A DNA stretch of 63,155 bases, the filler included, from Asterionella formosa (taxonomy: Eukaryota), in NCBI GenBank assembly GCA_002256025.1. It is 16 parts of 16 records of this genome, joined end to end, with 100 filler letters (N's around TTAATTAATTAA, not from the genome) between each part and the next. Parts side by side here need not be neighbours in the genome. Positions count along the whole stretch, not along the records: positions 6,335 to 37,852 come from NKIB01000638.1; 15 more parts are not named here. One strand, given 5' to 3'. Below are positions 23,731 to 34,142 of this stretch, one piece after another; position 1 is the stretch's first letter, and every line of letters starts with the position of its first letter. Below the pieces are notes generated by a model. It ran no database searches. It worked only from the letters and a program-made list of their open reading frames with translations, and was not told the DNA's origin. The translations under genes were made by a program, and so were the position numbers.

Positions 23731-25810
23731 TTCAAACCTTATGCTAGATTATATCCTAGATGGTGCCATTGGGGAATCCAAATACAAGGAGGGAGAAGTC
23801 ATGACACACTTGGGAAAAGCATACACTACGGCCAAGGAGTAAGGACGCAAAACTTATGGGGGCCTGTCAAGCACAATTGATGTGGCAAGACACTTTCAGG
23901 AGGCACTTGTTGACCATGTAGCGATTTTAAAGCTGAAAAGAAACTAATGTATAGAATAATAAAATACATTCAGTTTCTTCATTTCGCTTTATTGTCAGCA
24001 ACCAGTAAAGACATTGCACATTAATTGATAGTGCGACCACTCACATTGTATTACAGGTGGATTGTAAGTGAGGAGACATTATCACTAAATAAATGGAAGC
24101 AGACGGTTAGTGTAGACCAGGAATCGAATGGTTTTGCAATTTTTGATGTTCGTGGTATCTTTCAATGTATCGATATTTCGAAACTGGTCTGCAGCTTTGC
24201 CACAGAGATTGTTCGGCTGATAATGATCAAGTTTTTCTTTCCAACCAATGAGTGTATTGTTTGCCTCTTTCTCTAGCTTTTGCGATCAGATTGAACTCTT
24301 TCTTGGTTTACTGGTTTATCACTGTATATGTTGTTAGTTTCATTTGTTGCTGTCACTTTGTATGGGCCTCCATGTTCGATTTCCATGAATTCTGTAGTAA
24401 CATAGTTGAGAATTCCATTGTGTTGCATTTTTTTAGCCATAAGTTTCTTAGAATCATTGCGAATTCAGGGTTTTATTTGTGATGCCTGCTGTTGGATTGA
24501 TGGTTCTTGTAGTTGAGTGCCGTTACCCTCTCTCTTGCAAGCTTTGCCTCAAACAACAGCATTCTTGGTGCAAGCATTCCTCTTATAGGTGGTTGCATTA
24601 ATTGCTTCTTAGTTTTCCTGTAGAAACATTGCTCCCTTTCACCACTTTGCATTGGTACAGTGTCATGGTTGATACTGCTTGTTTGGTCACCTCCTGCTAT
24701 GAGCGTTAGCTCTTTCACCATGACACCTTTTTATTGGCAATTCCCAAAAGGAAACCCAGAAGCTCTTGTAGATTTACTACCTGCTGTGGATTCTTGTTTG
24801 ATCTCGTTTAGTTTTTCTGTAGGCTTTTTATTTTAGCCTGTCTACTCATCTAGTGAAAAGGTGTGCATTTGTAAACAGATAAATGTACTAACCACTCTAT
24901 ATCAAATGGTTTACATATTTTAAGACCATGGAGAATCAGAATAGTTGATTTGGATATGGGGATTATAATACAGCACTGCTCGTCACCAGTCATGATGCAT
25001 CATTTACCTCATGAATATTTCACATTACAACAAGATAGGATTGCGTGTGTTTTATACACTTAGATGGAAGTAGTGCGAAAACTTCAATGCACTATGAATA
25101 TTTGAGTTTCAAAACTTTTGATAGCCTGTAAATGATACATCCCAGCAGAAAACATTCGACCACCATTCAGTTACTTTTGAGTGCGATAAAAATCCGCTGC
25201 GCTAGCCAGGGGGATGCCCACAACCTTGAGTATCCAAAATGGGAAGGACAATATAGAATTTTCATCCAATTTTTCAGCTTGGAGGTCAAAACATATTGTA
25301 AGCGACCTGCATCTGAATCCAATCAGCTTGTGGAAAGAGCTCCTCATGTGGCATGAATGCATTACATTGATTATTTCTTATCTTTCAACCTCCTGGGTGC
25401 CATCGATAGGGAGAAATAAGAATTTGCCTCAAACCTGGCCCATTGCATGTTGACTTGGGGTTATGATTTGGATAGTGGGATGGTGGCAATGGCAAATGGA
25501 GTTCCTCACTTCCGATGGAATTGCAATATCATGAATTCCCTGTAATTGTATTACCATATTGAATTGTATTGTAGTGATTGGACAGTCTAGGCGGAGCTAT
25601 TCCAGTGTTGATGACCATTGCAACAAGAAATGATTCAAGTGAAGTCGTCAACTGATGCAAAGCAGGTGGTGGTATAATGGCAGCAAAGACATTTTGTTGA
25701 GGATAAATTTAGTAGCACACAAGTGACATGCTTCATGGTGGCCTGCTCATGAGAAGCACGTGCATTTACGAAATATTATCAAGAGCAGCCAGTAGGGGAA
25801 TCTAGACTAT

Positions 25811-28800
25811 TTATACAATGATTATGCCTAGCTCGCATGCCAGGTTAAATAAGTTTTGGTAGACTGCTTCGATTTCACGTCTTGCATGGATCATTTGCTT
25901 TGACTCAGTTAAGCAAACCATGTCCACTGCAACATCCAGTCCCATTCGCAATAATGTGTGCTTATCATTGCTGTCATCCAGACGTGCAGCCAGTAGATAA
26001 CAAATCTCAGCTGAGATTGAGTCAGCGCATCTGCCGAAATTTCCCATGGCACAATTCATGACTGTTCCAAATCGAAGGTTTTCTTCATTTAGAGCCCAAT
26101 CCATGTAATGATGAAGATTTTCTTTTGTTTGTTCGATATTACTAGCCAAATCTAAAAGCATCAGAATTGGATCAAAGATTGGCAATGCGAAAACAGAGCG
26201 ACCATTTCCATAAAATTCGTCGAATGCAGCAACTACAAATCGGATAAAGTGTGTCCGAGCTCTCAAGGCCAAGCCATTGTCCTTCAATGCCCAAACAACT
26301 GGGTACATGATCATGAACGAATTATGCACATTCCGGGAATCCATCTTGGGCATTAGATCATTGATAATGTATGAACATATTTCGATCACTTTATCGTGTT
26401 CACCTAGAGTTTGGTGCCATAAAATGCATGCACAATATAATTGAGCACACCTGTCGCTGCCATAGGCTGCACAGATCCCAACAGACATCGTCTCCGGGTC
26501 ATAGACTTGAGCCATCTCATCCAAAGCCGAAAATGCTTGGTCGTAAAGTCCTAGACGACCATACATTTCCCCTTGCATAGACAAAGATCGTGCAATATGA
26601 ATAGGGTCCCCATGCAACCGTGTTTCTTGCACAAACCTTCCAACCAACACTTGCTCGTAGCTACAGTTTTTGTCTTGCTCGATTTGCCCAAATTTGATAG
26701 CAACAAAAAGGCCGCTGAAGATGGGAAAGACTATAGACCTGTCTCTTAGCTCGTCGGATCTCTTGGCAGACTGTAACACACCCAGAGCATTCTGGAATGC
26801 GGCCACGCTCTCGGCAGCCTTATGAATGTTCGCAAGGCACTGTCCCAAGGCAATGTAGCTTTTGATAATACATTCCAATTCAGTGGAGTTGATGAAATTC
26901 AAGACCTGTGGTGTTAAACCACCACCTTCCGATGACTGGTCATGCCACATTTCGATCGCATCTTCGTATAACTTGATACTTTGATCCTGAAGGCCTAGTT
27001 CCTCAAAGGATTTTCCAATGGACAACGCAAGGTTCGCAGCCTTGCTTGATTCCCCACTTGCTTTCCAGTGGCCAAAGAGTTTCATTCTAGAAAGGTAGTC
27101 ATTCGCTTTCTCGTCGCTAGACTCTTGCGTAACAGCAATAATTCTATGCATGTCTCGTTTCCGAGAGTCAAGCATGAGGTTAAGAATCATTGTTTGCCAG
27201 ATGCTATGACAAAAAGTGTATTTGCAGTTGCTAAATGAAGGGTAACCTTCTAATCCTTGATTCAAGTTGTTTAAGGACTCACCGAAAGTGCCGTTGTCAG
27301 TACTATCATGCTGTTGCACATAAAGGATTCCTTCTTGGACAGCAAAGTCAAGGTCGGCTCTAGTTTTTGCGATGAACAACTTATCACCTGTTTGGTCCTC
27401 GCCACTTATTTGTTGCAATACAGCAACTATCTCACTTAGATCGAACGAGCTTCCGAGAACAGCGGCCAAATTAAGGACGTTCCGTATGCTCGCGTCGAAT
27501 GAGTCAATGCGGTGCAGCAGTAACTCACTGACTGAAGCAAACGCACTCTCGGCATTATCATCATAAACAGCACGACGACTGTGTGCATCGGATATATGTC
27601 GTCGCTTCATAGCTTCCAGTATTTCATTGGCGAAATGAGGCATTCCTCCTGAGTGCATTAAAACATCGTGCTGTAACGAGGGTGTGATTTGAGATTCGTG
27701 GATTCCCAAAGTTCTTGCAATCATGTTGCGGATGTCCTCTAAGCCAAGACATTCTAACTTTATTGAAATATACCTCCCTTCAGTTTGGTGCACTTCGTTA
27801 AGCGCATGCCAGAACTGACTGGACATGCTGATCTTGTATGTAGTCAATGGGCGACATGTGCAAATGAACACCATTCCGGTTCCTGTGTTGAATAACTCCT
27901 CCACAACGAGCCACGACAATTCATCCATGTGATGAACATCATCAAGTGCAACAATGACGAGACTGGCATCCTGGGTACATCGCTTGAAAGCTCTGGCCAT
28001 GAAGGAAACGAGGGAATTCAAGCTGCTAAATGCATTTTCTTTCTTGACTTTTTTCTTGAATGTGCCACCCACTTGTGCATCAATACCCATGAGGTGGTGC
28101 CCCACCAGCTCATGGAAACAAGGTGGTGCGTTCAGCTCATGACAGATCATTCCCAAGAGATCTGCAGAGCGAGTCATCCCAGTAGCCGCTGACATAGCAT
28201 TTGATGCTGATTCTGCCGACAGACTTTCCCATCCAATGGATTCGAGGCATCCCGAGTTTCCGTGCGACACAAATGACTTCTCATCTGCGGCGCTGTGAAA
28301 ATGGCTTAATACATCAACCAGAATCGAACGGAATATCCCAAATGGTACAAGCAAATCGCTCTCCTTGCTAACATGTGTGGTCACAATCATGCGACGGCGA
28401 TGTGCTCCCATCAGTTTTCGAATATGTTCAATCGCATGTACAACCATAGTACTCTTTCCCATACCACTTTCCGCGGAAATGAAAACAAGTGATGACTTAG
28501 AATGATTCATGGCCGTCATCCGTGCAATACCCATTAATTCTATTATCTCCTTTTTTCGGCCAACAAAATTGGGTTGTACGCGACCCCAGCTCCGTTCCAG
28601 GGGACTCAAAGGCTCAAATATCGGAACAAGCTCCGAATATCCTTTTGCTTTGACCGGATCTAGCGCATTGAATCCATATGACCGATCCGCCATCATTCTT
28701 ACCGCATCATCAACCAAAATCCCAGGATTCTTTGGGGACCCCATTAGTCTCGCAGCCAAATTTACGGATGGCCCAAGAACGGCGTATTCATGACGCTTTA

Positions 28801-31489
28801 TTCCTCCAACAACTCCACAGTACGCATTTCCAACAGTTGCCCCAATCTGGTTATGGATACCAAGCTCGTGCTGTAATGCATTGTGAATCACAATGGTGGC
28901 GGGAAGTGCTCGATCTGCTACTAGGTTTGGAAACGTGGAGCCTCGCAAGCCAAAAGTCGCAATCAACACCAAGCCCTTGTCATCAACAATAAATTGACGA
29001 AGGTGACCATTGAATCGATTCAATTCTCTTCTCGTAAGATTCATGATGCTATTCAGCAAATTGAAGAGCTTTCGATCCTTGTCATCATTTCCTGTTAACT
29101 TAGTTGAAATCAACGGTGCAATGAACATGACATAGACACTCCTGAGTTCAGCCTCTTCCCTGTGCCTTTCCTGGACACTGCTCCTCGTTAGAGGGATCCG
29201 AGCTTGTGACTTGTCATTATTTGCCACCACTGGGTGAGCATACAAAGATATTAATTTTCGATATTGTTTCAGACTCTCGATCGGCCATTCTTCAATATGC
29301 GATGAAAGCGCAAGAGCTGCATCATCATTTTGACCTAATCGTTTTGATGTGTTATCTTTTGGTGTAAATCGACAGACGGCCCGACGTGCTATCACCACTG
29401 GATTTCCAGCTAGGCCCGACAAGACACTCTGGTGAAGTTCACAAGATTCCGCTAAGACTACTAGTGTCTGTGGCGAAACGGCCACCTCGCCCAATGTAGC
29501 CGCATCGACGGCCTCGGCGACTTGATCGATAGGGTCACCAAGCATTACGAATTCTCTTCGAAATTCACAATCACCAACGTGGACACCAACAAGGTCTCCA
29601 GCTCCGATCCCACAATGCACATTTAACGTTGCAACTTGCGCTCCTTGGCCTGTGTCGCCAACTCCATGAGCGAAAATCGGGTAATCTGAACACTGAGCCA
29701 CAATTCTGGAGGCGCATATACAAGCAGCATTTACACAGTCAACGAAGAACATGCTCGCAGTGTTGATCAATTGCGGAGCGGAAATTAGAGACGACGTTGC
29801 TTTCCACTCTGCGAACACAGCATCCCCGGCAAACTTCAAAACATCTCCGCCGTGGGTTACTACTAGATTCACGATCAACTGAAAATATGAATTTATAGCC
29901 TTCGATAGGCTTTCCGGGTCAAGGGTCGTAGCAAGTTTTGTGAAACCAGAGATGTCGATAAACAAAAGGGCACTTTGATGCCTAGATGAATATGGTAAAT
30001 TTTCTCCCTTCCTTCGTCCAAGTTCATTCGTCCTTCGACTCGATGTTTGAAACTGTTGCAAGGAGATACTTGACGAACGCCCTTTTCCTAGTGATCCTCG
30101 CTTCGTTTCAATTTCACCTCCGGGATCGTCGAACTGGAAAGGGTCGTTAAATTCGCCACGCCCACCTTTGGTTTTCGACAGTCCGATACCAAGAGCTCGC
30201 TTCGCTAATTTTAGTCTTTCAGACGCTCTTCCGCTAGAATCACTTTTCAAGTTACTCTCCCCGGCATCAGAAGTTTCCTCACTGTGGATAGACATGTTGC
30301 TTGATAAGGTGAGACGTTTCAAATTTCCCATCATTTTGTCGATACTACTAGCCTGACTTGACAATTCAATTTTTTTAGAGCTGAATGATGACTGAGAATC
30401 GCCAAGTATGCTAACGAATGATGTCGATGATTCGGGTAGACTTTGCCGGCTGCGTAAAGCATTGAAAGACTCTTGATGCGGTCTACGCAACTTCCCAATA
30501 TGCTGCACAAGCAGTTCTTGGTTTGGTAAGTCATCCTTAAAATAGGATCTATTCCCTTTTGATAATGATTCAACGGTGCTGAAACTATAGAAGCTTCGTT
30601 GAGGTTGATGTTGCTGATCCGTTTCACTTGCGCTGATATTGGACGAGCTTGTTCTGTTAAATTCCATGAGTAAGTTTTCATGCTGAGCAACGCGTTTTCG
30701 ATCGCCCGGATAGGGAGTGTAATATTCGTCGGTTTCGGAAAGGTCACTAACTACTTCCGATTGTTCGTCGTCATCACCAGCTACCAACCGTCCCATTTTG
30801 CTCTCTTTGCTGATGAATGATGCAACTAAACTTTGTGCTTCGAGAGGCTTTTGTGAGTTCATTGCTATTCGAACCTCATCGCCTAATCGGTTCAACACAC
30901 AAATAGGAACATGGCTTGCCAACCAATTAATTGATGATAGAGTGTTTCCTCGTTCTGCAAGTCCACTCATAACTGCCTGCGCCTTTTGTGACTGCATGAA
31001 TGTCGCCATGGCTGACACTGCACTTGCAGTAAGTTCGTTTTCCAAAGGGAACCCATGAGGCGCAGGATCATACGATACCGTTGTGCATGATGACAATGTC
31101 GATGAATCCGATCCTCCACTTTCATCATCGCTTTCACTATCACTACTTCCTGTCTGCTCTTCAAAAGAGCTTGTTGAGTCTCCTGATCCGCCTGACGAAG
31201 TCGTGGAGTCGAATAATGACGAGATTTCCGAAAAAGGTTCGCTGCTTTCGTCTGAATCGCATAGGTGAATACTATTGCCTTCCTTGTCCCCGTCCTCTTC
31301 TTTCAGCTCGCCCCCGTCGTCATGTTCATTCCGTTGCAAAGGGACGACTTGCTGCGATGATCCATCAACTTGAAACTGATGTCTACCCTTTTCCATTGCG
31401 AGCGGCAATGAAAGGTTCGGGCTTCCGGCACAATCAGTGGCGCCGGTTAGAGGATTGTGAGCAGGAGGTAGATCCATCGTATGCTCCAT
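25811..31489 (-). CDS. Soluble adenylyl cyclase-like (cyclase-cyclase-STAND ATPase-TPR); paralog 2
   Basis: 1892-aa uninterrupted ORF with FIDISGFT, GGDVLKFAGD, FIVDDKG, HEYAVLGPSVNLAARLM, AESGMGKST and VALDDVH. Collinear with paralog 1. Confidence 0.93.
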   Translation of the reverse strand: MEHTMDLPPAHNPLTGATDCAGSPNLSLPLAMEKGRHQFQVDGSSQQVVPLQRNEHDDGGELKEEDGDKEGNSIHLCDSDESSEPFSEISSLFDSTTSSGGSGDSTSSFEEQTGSSDSESDDESGGSDSSTLSSCTTVSYDPAPHGFPLENELTASAVSAMATFMQSQKAQAVMSGLAERGNTLSSINWLASHVPICVLNRLGDEVRIAMNSQKPLEAQSLVASFISKESKMGRLVAGDDDEQSEVVSDLSETDEYYTPYPGDRKRVAQHENLLMEFNRTSSSNISASETDQQHQPQRSFYSFSTVESLSKGNRSYFKDDLPNQELLVQHIGKLRRPHQESFNALRSRQSLPESSTSFVSILGDSQSSFSSKKIELSSQASSIDKMMGNLKRLTLSSNMSIHSEETSDAGESNLKSDSSGRASERLKLAKRALGIGLSKTKGGRGEFNDPFQFDDPGGEIETKRGSLGKGRSSSISLQQFQTSSRRTNELGRRKGENLPYSSRHQSALLFIDISGFTKLATTLDPESLSKAINSYFQLIVNLVVTHGGDVLKFAGDAVFAEWKATSSLISAPQLINTASMFFVDCVNAACICASRIVAQCSDYPIFAHGVGDTGQGAQVATLNVHCGIGAGDLVGVHVGDCEFRREFVMLGDPIDQVAEAVDAATLGEVAVSPQTLVVLAESCELHQSVLSGLAGNPVVIARRAVCRFTPKDNTSKRLGQNDDAALALSSHIEEWPIESLKQYRKLISLYAHPVVANNDKSQARIPLTRSSVQERHREEAELRSVYVMFIAPLISTKLTGNDDKDRKLFNLLNSIMNLTRRELNRFNGHLRQFIVDDKGLVLIATFGLRGSTFPNLVADRALPATIVIHNALQHELGIHNQIGATVGNAYCGVVGGIKRHEYAVLGPSVNLAARLMGSPKNPGILVDDAVRMMADRSYGFNALDPVKAKGYSELVPIFEPLSPLERSWGRVQPNFVGRKKEIIELMGIARMTAMNHSKSSLVFISAESGMGKSTMVVHAIEHIRKLMGAHRRRMIVTTHVSKESDLLVPFGIFRSILVDVLSHFHSAADEKSFVSHGNSGCLESIGWESLSAESASNAMSAATGMTRSADLLGMICHELNAPPCFHELVGHHLMGIDAQVGGTFKKKVKKENAFSSLNSLVSFMARAFKRCTQDASLVIVALDDVHHMDELSWLVVEELFNTGTGMVFICTCRPLTTYKISMSSQFWHALNEVHQTEGRYISIKLECLGLEDIRNMIARTLGIHESQITPSLQHDVLMHSGGMPHFANEILEAMKRRHISDAHSRRAVYDDNAESAFASVSELLLHRIDSFDASIRNVLNLAAVLGSSFDLSEIVAVLQQISGEDQTGDKLFIAKTRADLDFAVQEGILYVQQHDSTDNGTFGESLNNLNQGLEGYPSFSNCKYTFCHSIWQTMILNLMLDSRKRDMHRIIAVTQESSDEKANDYLSRMKLFGHWKASGESSKAANLALSIGKSFEELGLQDQSIKLYEDAIEMWHDQSSEGGGLTPQVLNFINSTELECIIKSYIALGQCLANIHKAAESVAAFQNALGVLQSAKRSDELRDRSIVFPIFSGLFVAIKFGQIEQDKNCSYEQVLVGRFVQETRLHGDPIHIARSLSMQGEMYGRLGLYDQAFSALDEMAQVYDPETMSVGICAAYGSDRCAQLYCACILWHQTLGEHDKVIEICSYIINDLMPKMDSRNVHNSFMIMYPVVWALKDNGLALRARTHFIRFVVAAFDEFYGNGRSVFALPIFDPILMLLDLASNIEQTKENLHHYMDWALNEENLRFGTVMNCAMGNFGRCADSISAEICYLLAARLDDSNDKHTLLRMGLDVAVDMVCLTESKQMIHARREIEAVYQNLFNLACELGIIIV

Positions 31490-33064
31490 GCTGTATTCAG
31501 ATGTGGAATTTAAGTCTACTCTGAGCAGTGGATGCCCTCATCAAATAATCCTCACACTTCCCAACTTGTAGTTGCGACTCTCAATGCATACCTTTCGACA
31601 AAAACGATTTCTGCGTTGACCATGTGCTTCTATGACCAATTTATCATACCGGGATGTAAATCAAGTTCCATCATAAATAGTTCATACATACGATGTACAT
31701 GATGGACGGAAGAAAAAACCATAGGACACATTACAGACCTACAATAATATGCATCAGACAAGAATACAGAATACTTAAATCATTGTTGTAGTTTACATAT
31801 TGCCAGTAAATTATCAACGAGGCAAAAAGAAGGCTTGATCATCATGGGTGCGATGACGCGTGCTCCAGGGGCAATCAAAATTCAGTAACAGTACCTAGTA
31901 CCTTGTACCAGGTACCAGGTACCAGGTACCACGGTTGCTGCGGTCATCTAAATACCTGTTGGCATGACATCAATCAACGTAGAGTACCTGGTACCAGGTA
32001 CCAGGTACCGTACGTTCATGGAACATACCGGTATTCGTCATCATCAGTATTCTTACACATTCATTTACTACCAGCATATAATGGATGCATAGAATCGTTA
32101 TGCACATAGTATTTTTTTAGTATGGACAAGCATTCTAATCGACATGGATTCCCCTGACTAACTCATTGTGCATTTTCAGAAACTTTTGTGCAATGAAGGT
32201 ATTTTTTCATCATATAGCTAGTACTCTGTCCCTTTGTTGGAAGTCAAAGAAAATCATCAAACAAGGATGCTTTTAACTATTGCCTTTCACAAACATGTAT
32301 TTGAATTGAGATGAAGTTTGGGTTGCTTGTGAATAAACAGAGGATTCTGAGGACATCCTTGTCCTTCAGCCTGAAGAAATCAAGTGGTATTCTTTGTGCT
32401 TGTGTCCATTCACACAATTTTTGCGTACTCATGGATGATGATAAAAAGAAGGAACTTGCTAATGGTTTGATTTCCTGACTAATTTTGAGTTTGTTTGATG
32501 CAATGCCCAATACTCCTCTTGGGTTGCATATCTTCCAACTTTCAGGAAATCGGATGTAGTACAAGGTACTTCAAAAATGCAACAAATCATTCTTGATGTT
32601 GTCACAAACAATGGATTTAGGCGACCTCCACCTAGCTAGTAATGTGTTGCGCTATTGATGTGACCTGACAGAAATATGATTAATGTACTAGGACAAAGAA
32701 CAACTTAAGTAGAAATTTAATTGCTTACCTAGTTATTAGATATCAGCTGTTTGTCTGAGAGCTACAGAATTCTTTGTAAGTTCATCCATGGCTTCAAAAA
32801 ATGAAACAAGAAAATGACATCATTCTCTTGATACTCTTTACCATGACCACGCCAATATTTTATTAAGTAGAATATACCGGTTTTCTATCAAGATACTCAT
32901 TCTGCACCACACCACATAATTGTAATATCATGCCAAAAGCACGGAAAACTGCATTGACGATAATTTCCTCTGCACAGTAGTAAGTTTGATGCAATTGATG
33001 CACACTTTGAGCTTCTTCTTCTCGCATCCCTTACTTCTTGTTAAGCTAAATCTTATCATGGAAG

Positions 33065-33755
33065 AAATTTTATGATTCAATTATGAATGAGCTCGTTTAT
33101 AAATTTTTGATGTTGTTCCTTTCTTTTGGTATGTTGTCCTTTGTTATCTCATAAATTGTCTGGCCTTTAGTCATTCTTGCCAACACTAACACAAGTAATC
33201 TACCTTGTCCTTCAGAATTGAAAATTATGCCTAAAAGCTCAGATAAAAGAGGTCAGAACGATCAATATAGTTTTGCGTGTTGATCATTGTTGTTATCAAT
33301 AAAGCCACTCAAAAATATTGCTTTTACCTATAAATCCCCTATTTGAAGGAATCTTTGCTTGTCGGCCATCCTTCAATCAGCCAGATGCTAGTGTTGCAGC
33401 CACTAATGCAGTAAATTTCATGATTCAGTTTTGAATGGAGGTCGATTTGAAAGTTTTGATGTTGACGCTTTCTTGTTTGTATGTTGTTTGTTATCTCATT
33501 TATTGTCTTTCCTTTTGGTTATTCTTGCCAACACTAACTCAAGTAATCTACCTCGTTCTAAAGAATTGAAAATTCGGCATGGAAGCTCAGATATAAAACG
33601 AATTAAGAACAACCAAAACATTTTTACATGTTGATCATTGTTGTTATCAATTAAGCCACTCTAATATATTACTTTAATATCTCCCCTATTTGCAGGAATC
33701 TTTGCTTGTCAGCCAACTACAATCGGCCAGATGCTGGTGTTACAGCAGCTAATGC
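33065..33755. repeat. Diverged tandem duplication, ~345-bp unit (33065-33409 and 33413-33755)
   Basis: Shared blocks ATTCTTGCCAACACTAAC, AAGTAATCTACCT, TGTTGATCATTGTTGTTATCAAT, AGGAATCTTTGCTTGTC and GCCAGATGCT in the same order. Confidence 0.9.
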
Positions 33756-34142
33756 TATCTTTTTTTGATATAAGGTTGTGGGATAATGATTGGTGCTAGG
33801 AAAGCAATTGAAAGGTTAGTACCCACGCAAGCAAGCAAAGCAGTGATATCAGAATGCTGTTCAGCAATTTATGCAACTACTATTAATAGTATCACTAGCT
33901 AGTCATGTAATGTAAATATAGTTCTGTTAGATACAACAATAATATTAATATTGCAATAGCATTCCCATTTTACTTTGCTCATTCACAGAAATAATAGTTG
34001 ATAGTTGCAACAAAAATTGTGGTCGTTGATCCAGAAATTATGTGCTCAGACATACAAAAATATTGTTAGTTGGCCCCAGAAATTATGTTGGATTCTAAAA
34101 TAATTATGGAAGTTGTCGAAAATATTTTAGTTCACTCTTAAC

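Noticed and set aside
14190..31489. Bacterial Pycsar/CBASS-type defence system or bacterial contamination
   Set aside because: Same contig as intron-containing eukaryotic genes, ADCY10-like double-cyclase architecture, and no adjacent effector gene.
32277..32564. 95-aa minus-strand ORF
   Set aside because: Non-ATG start, no recognisable motif, and it lies in degenerate AT-rich DNA.
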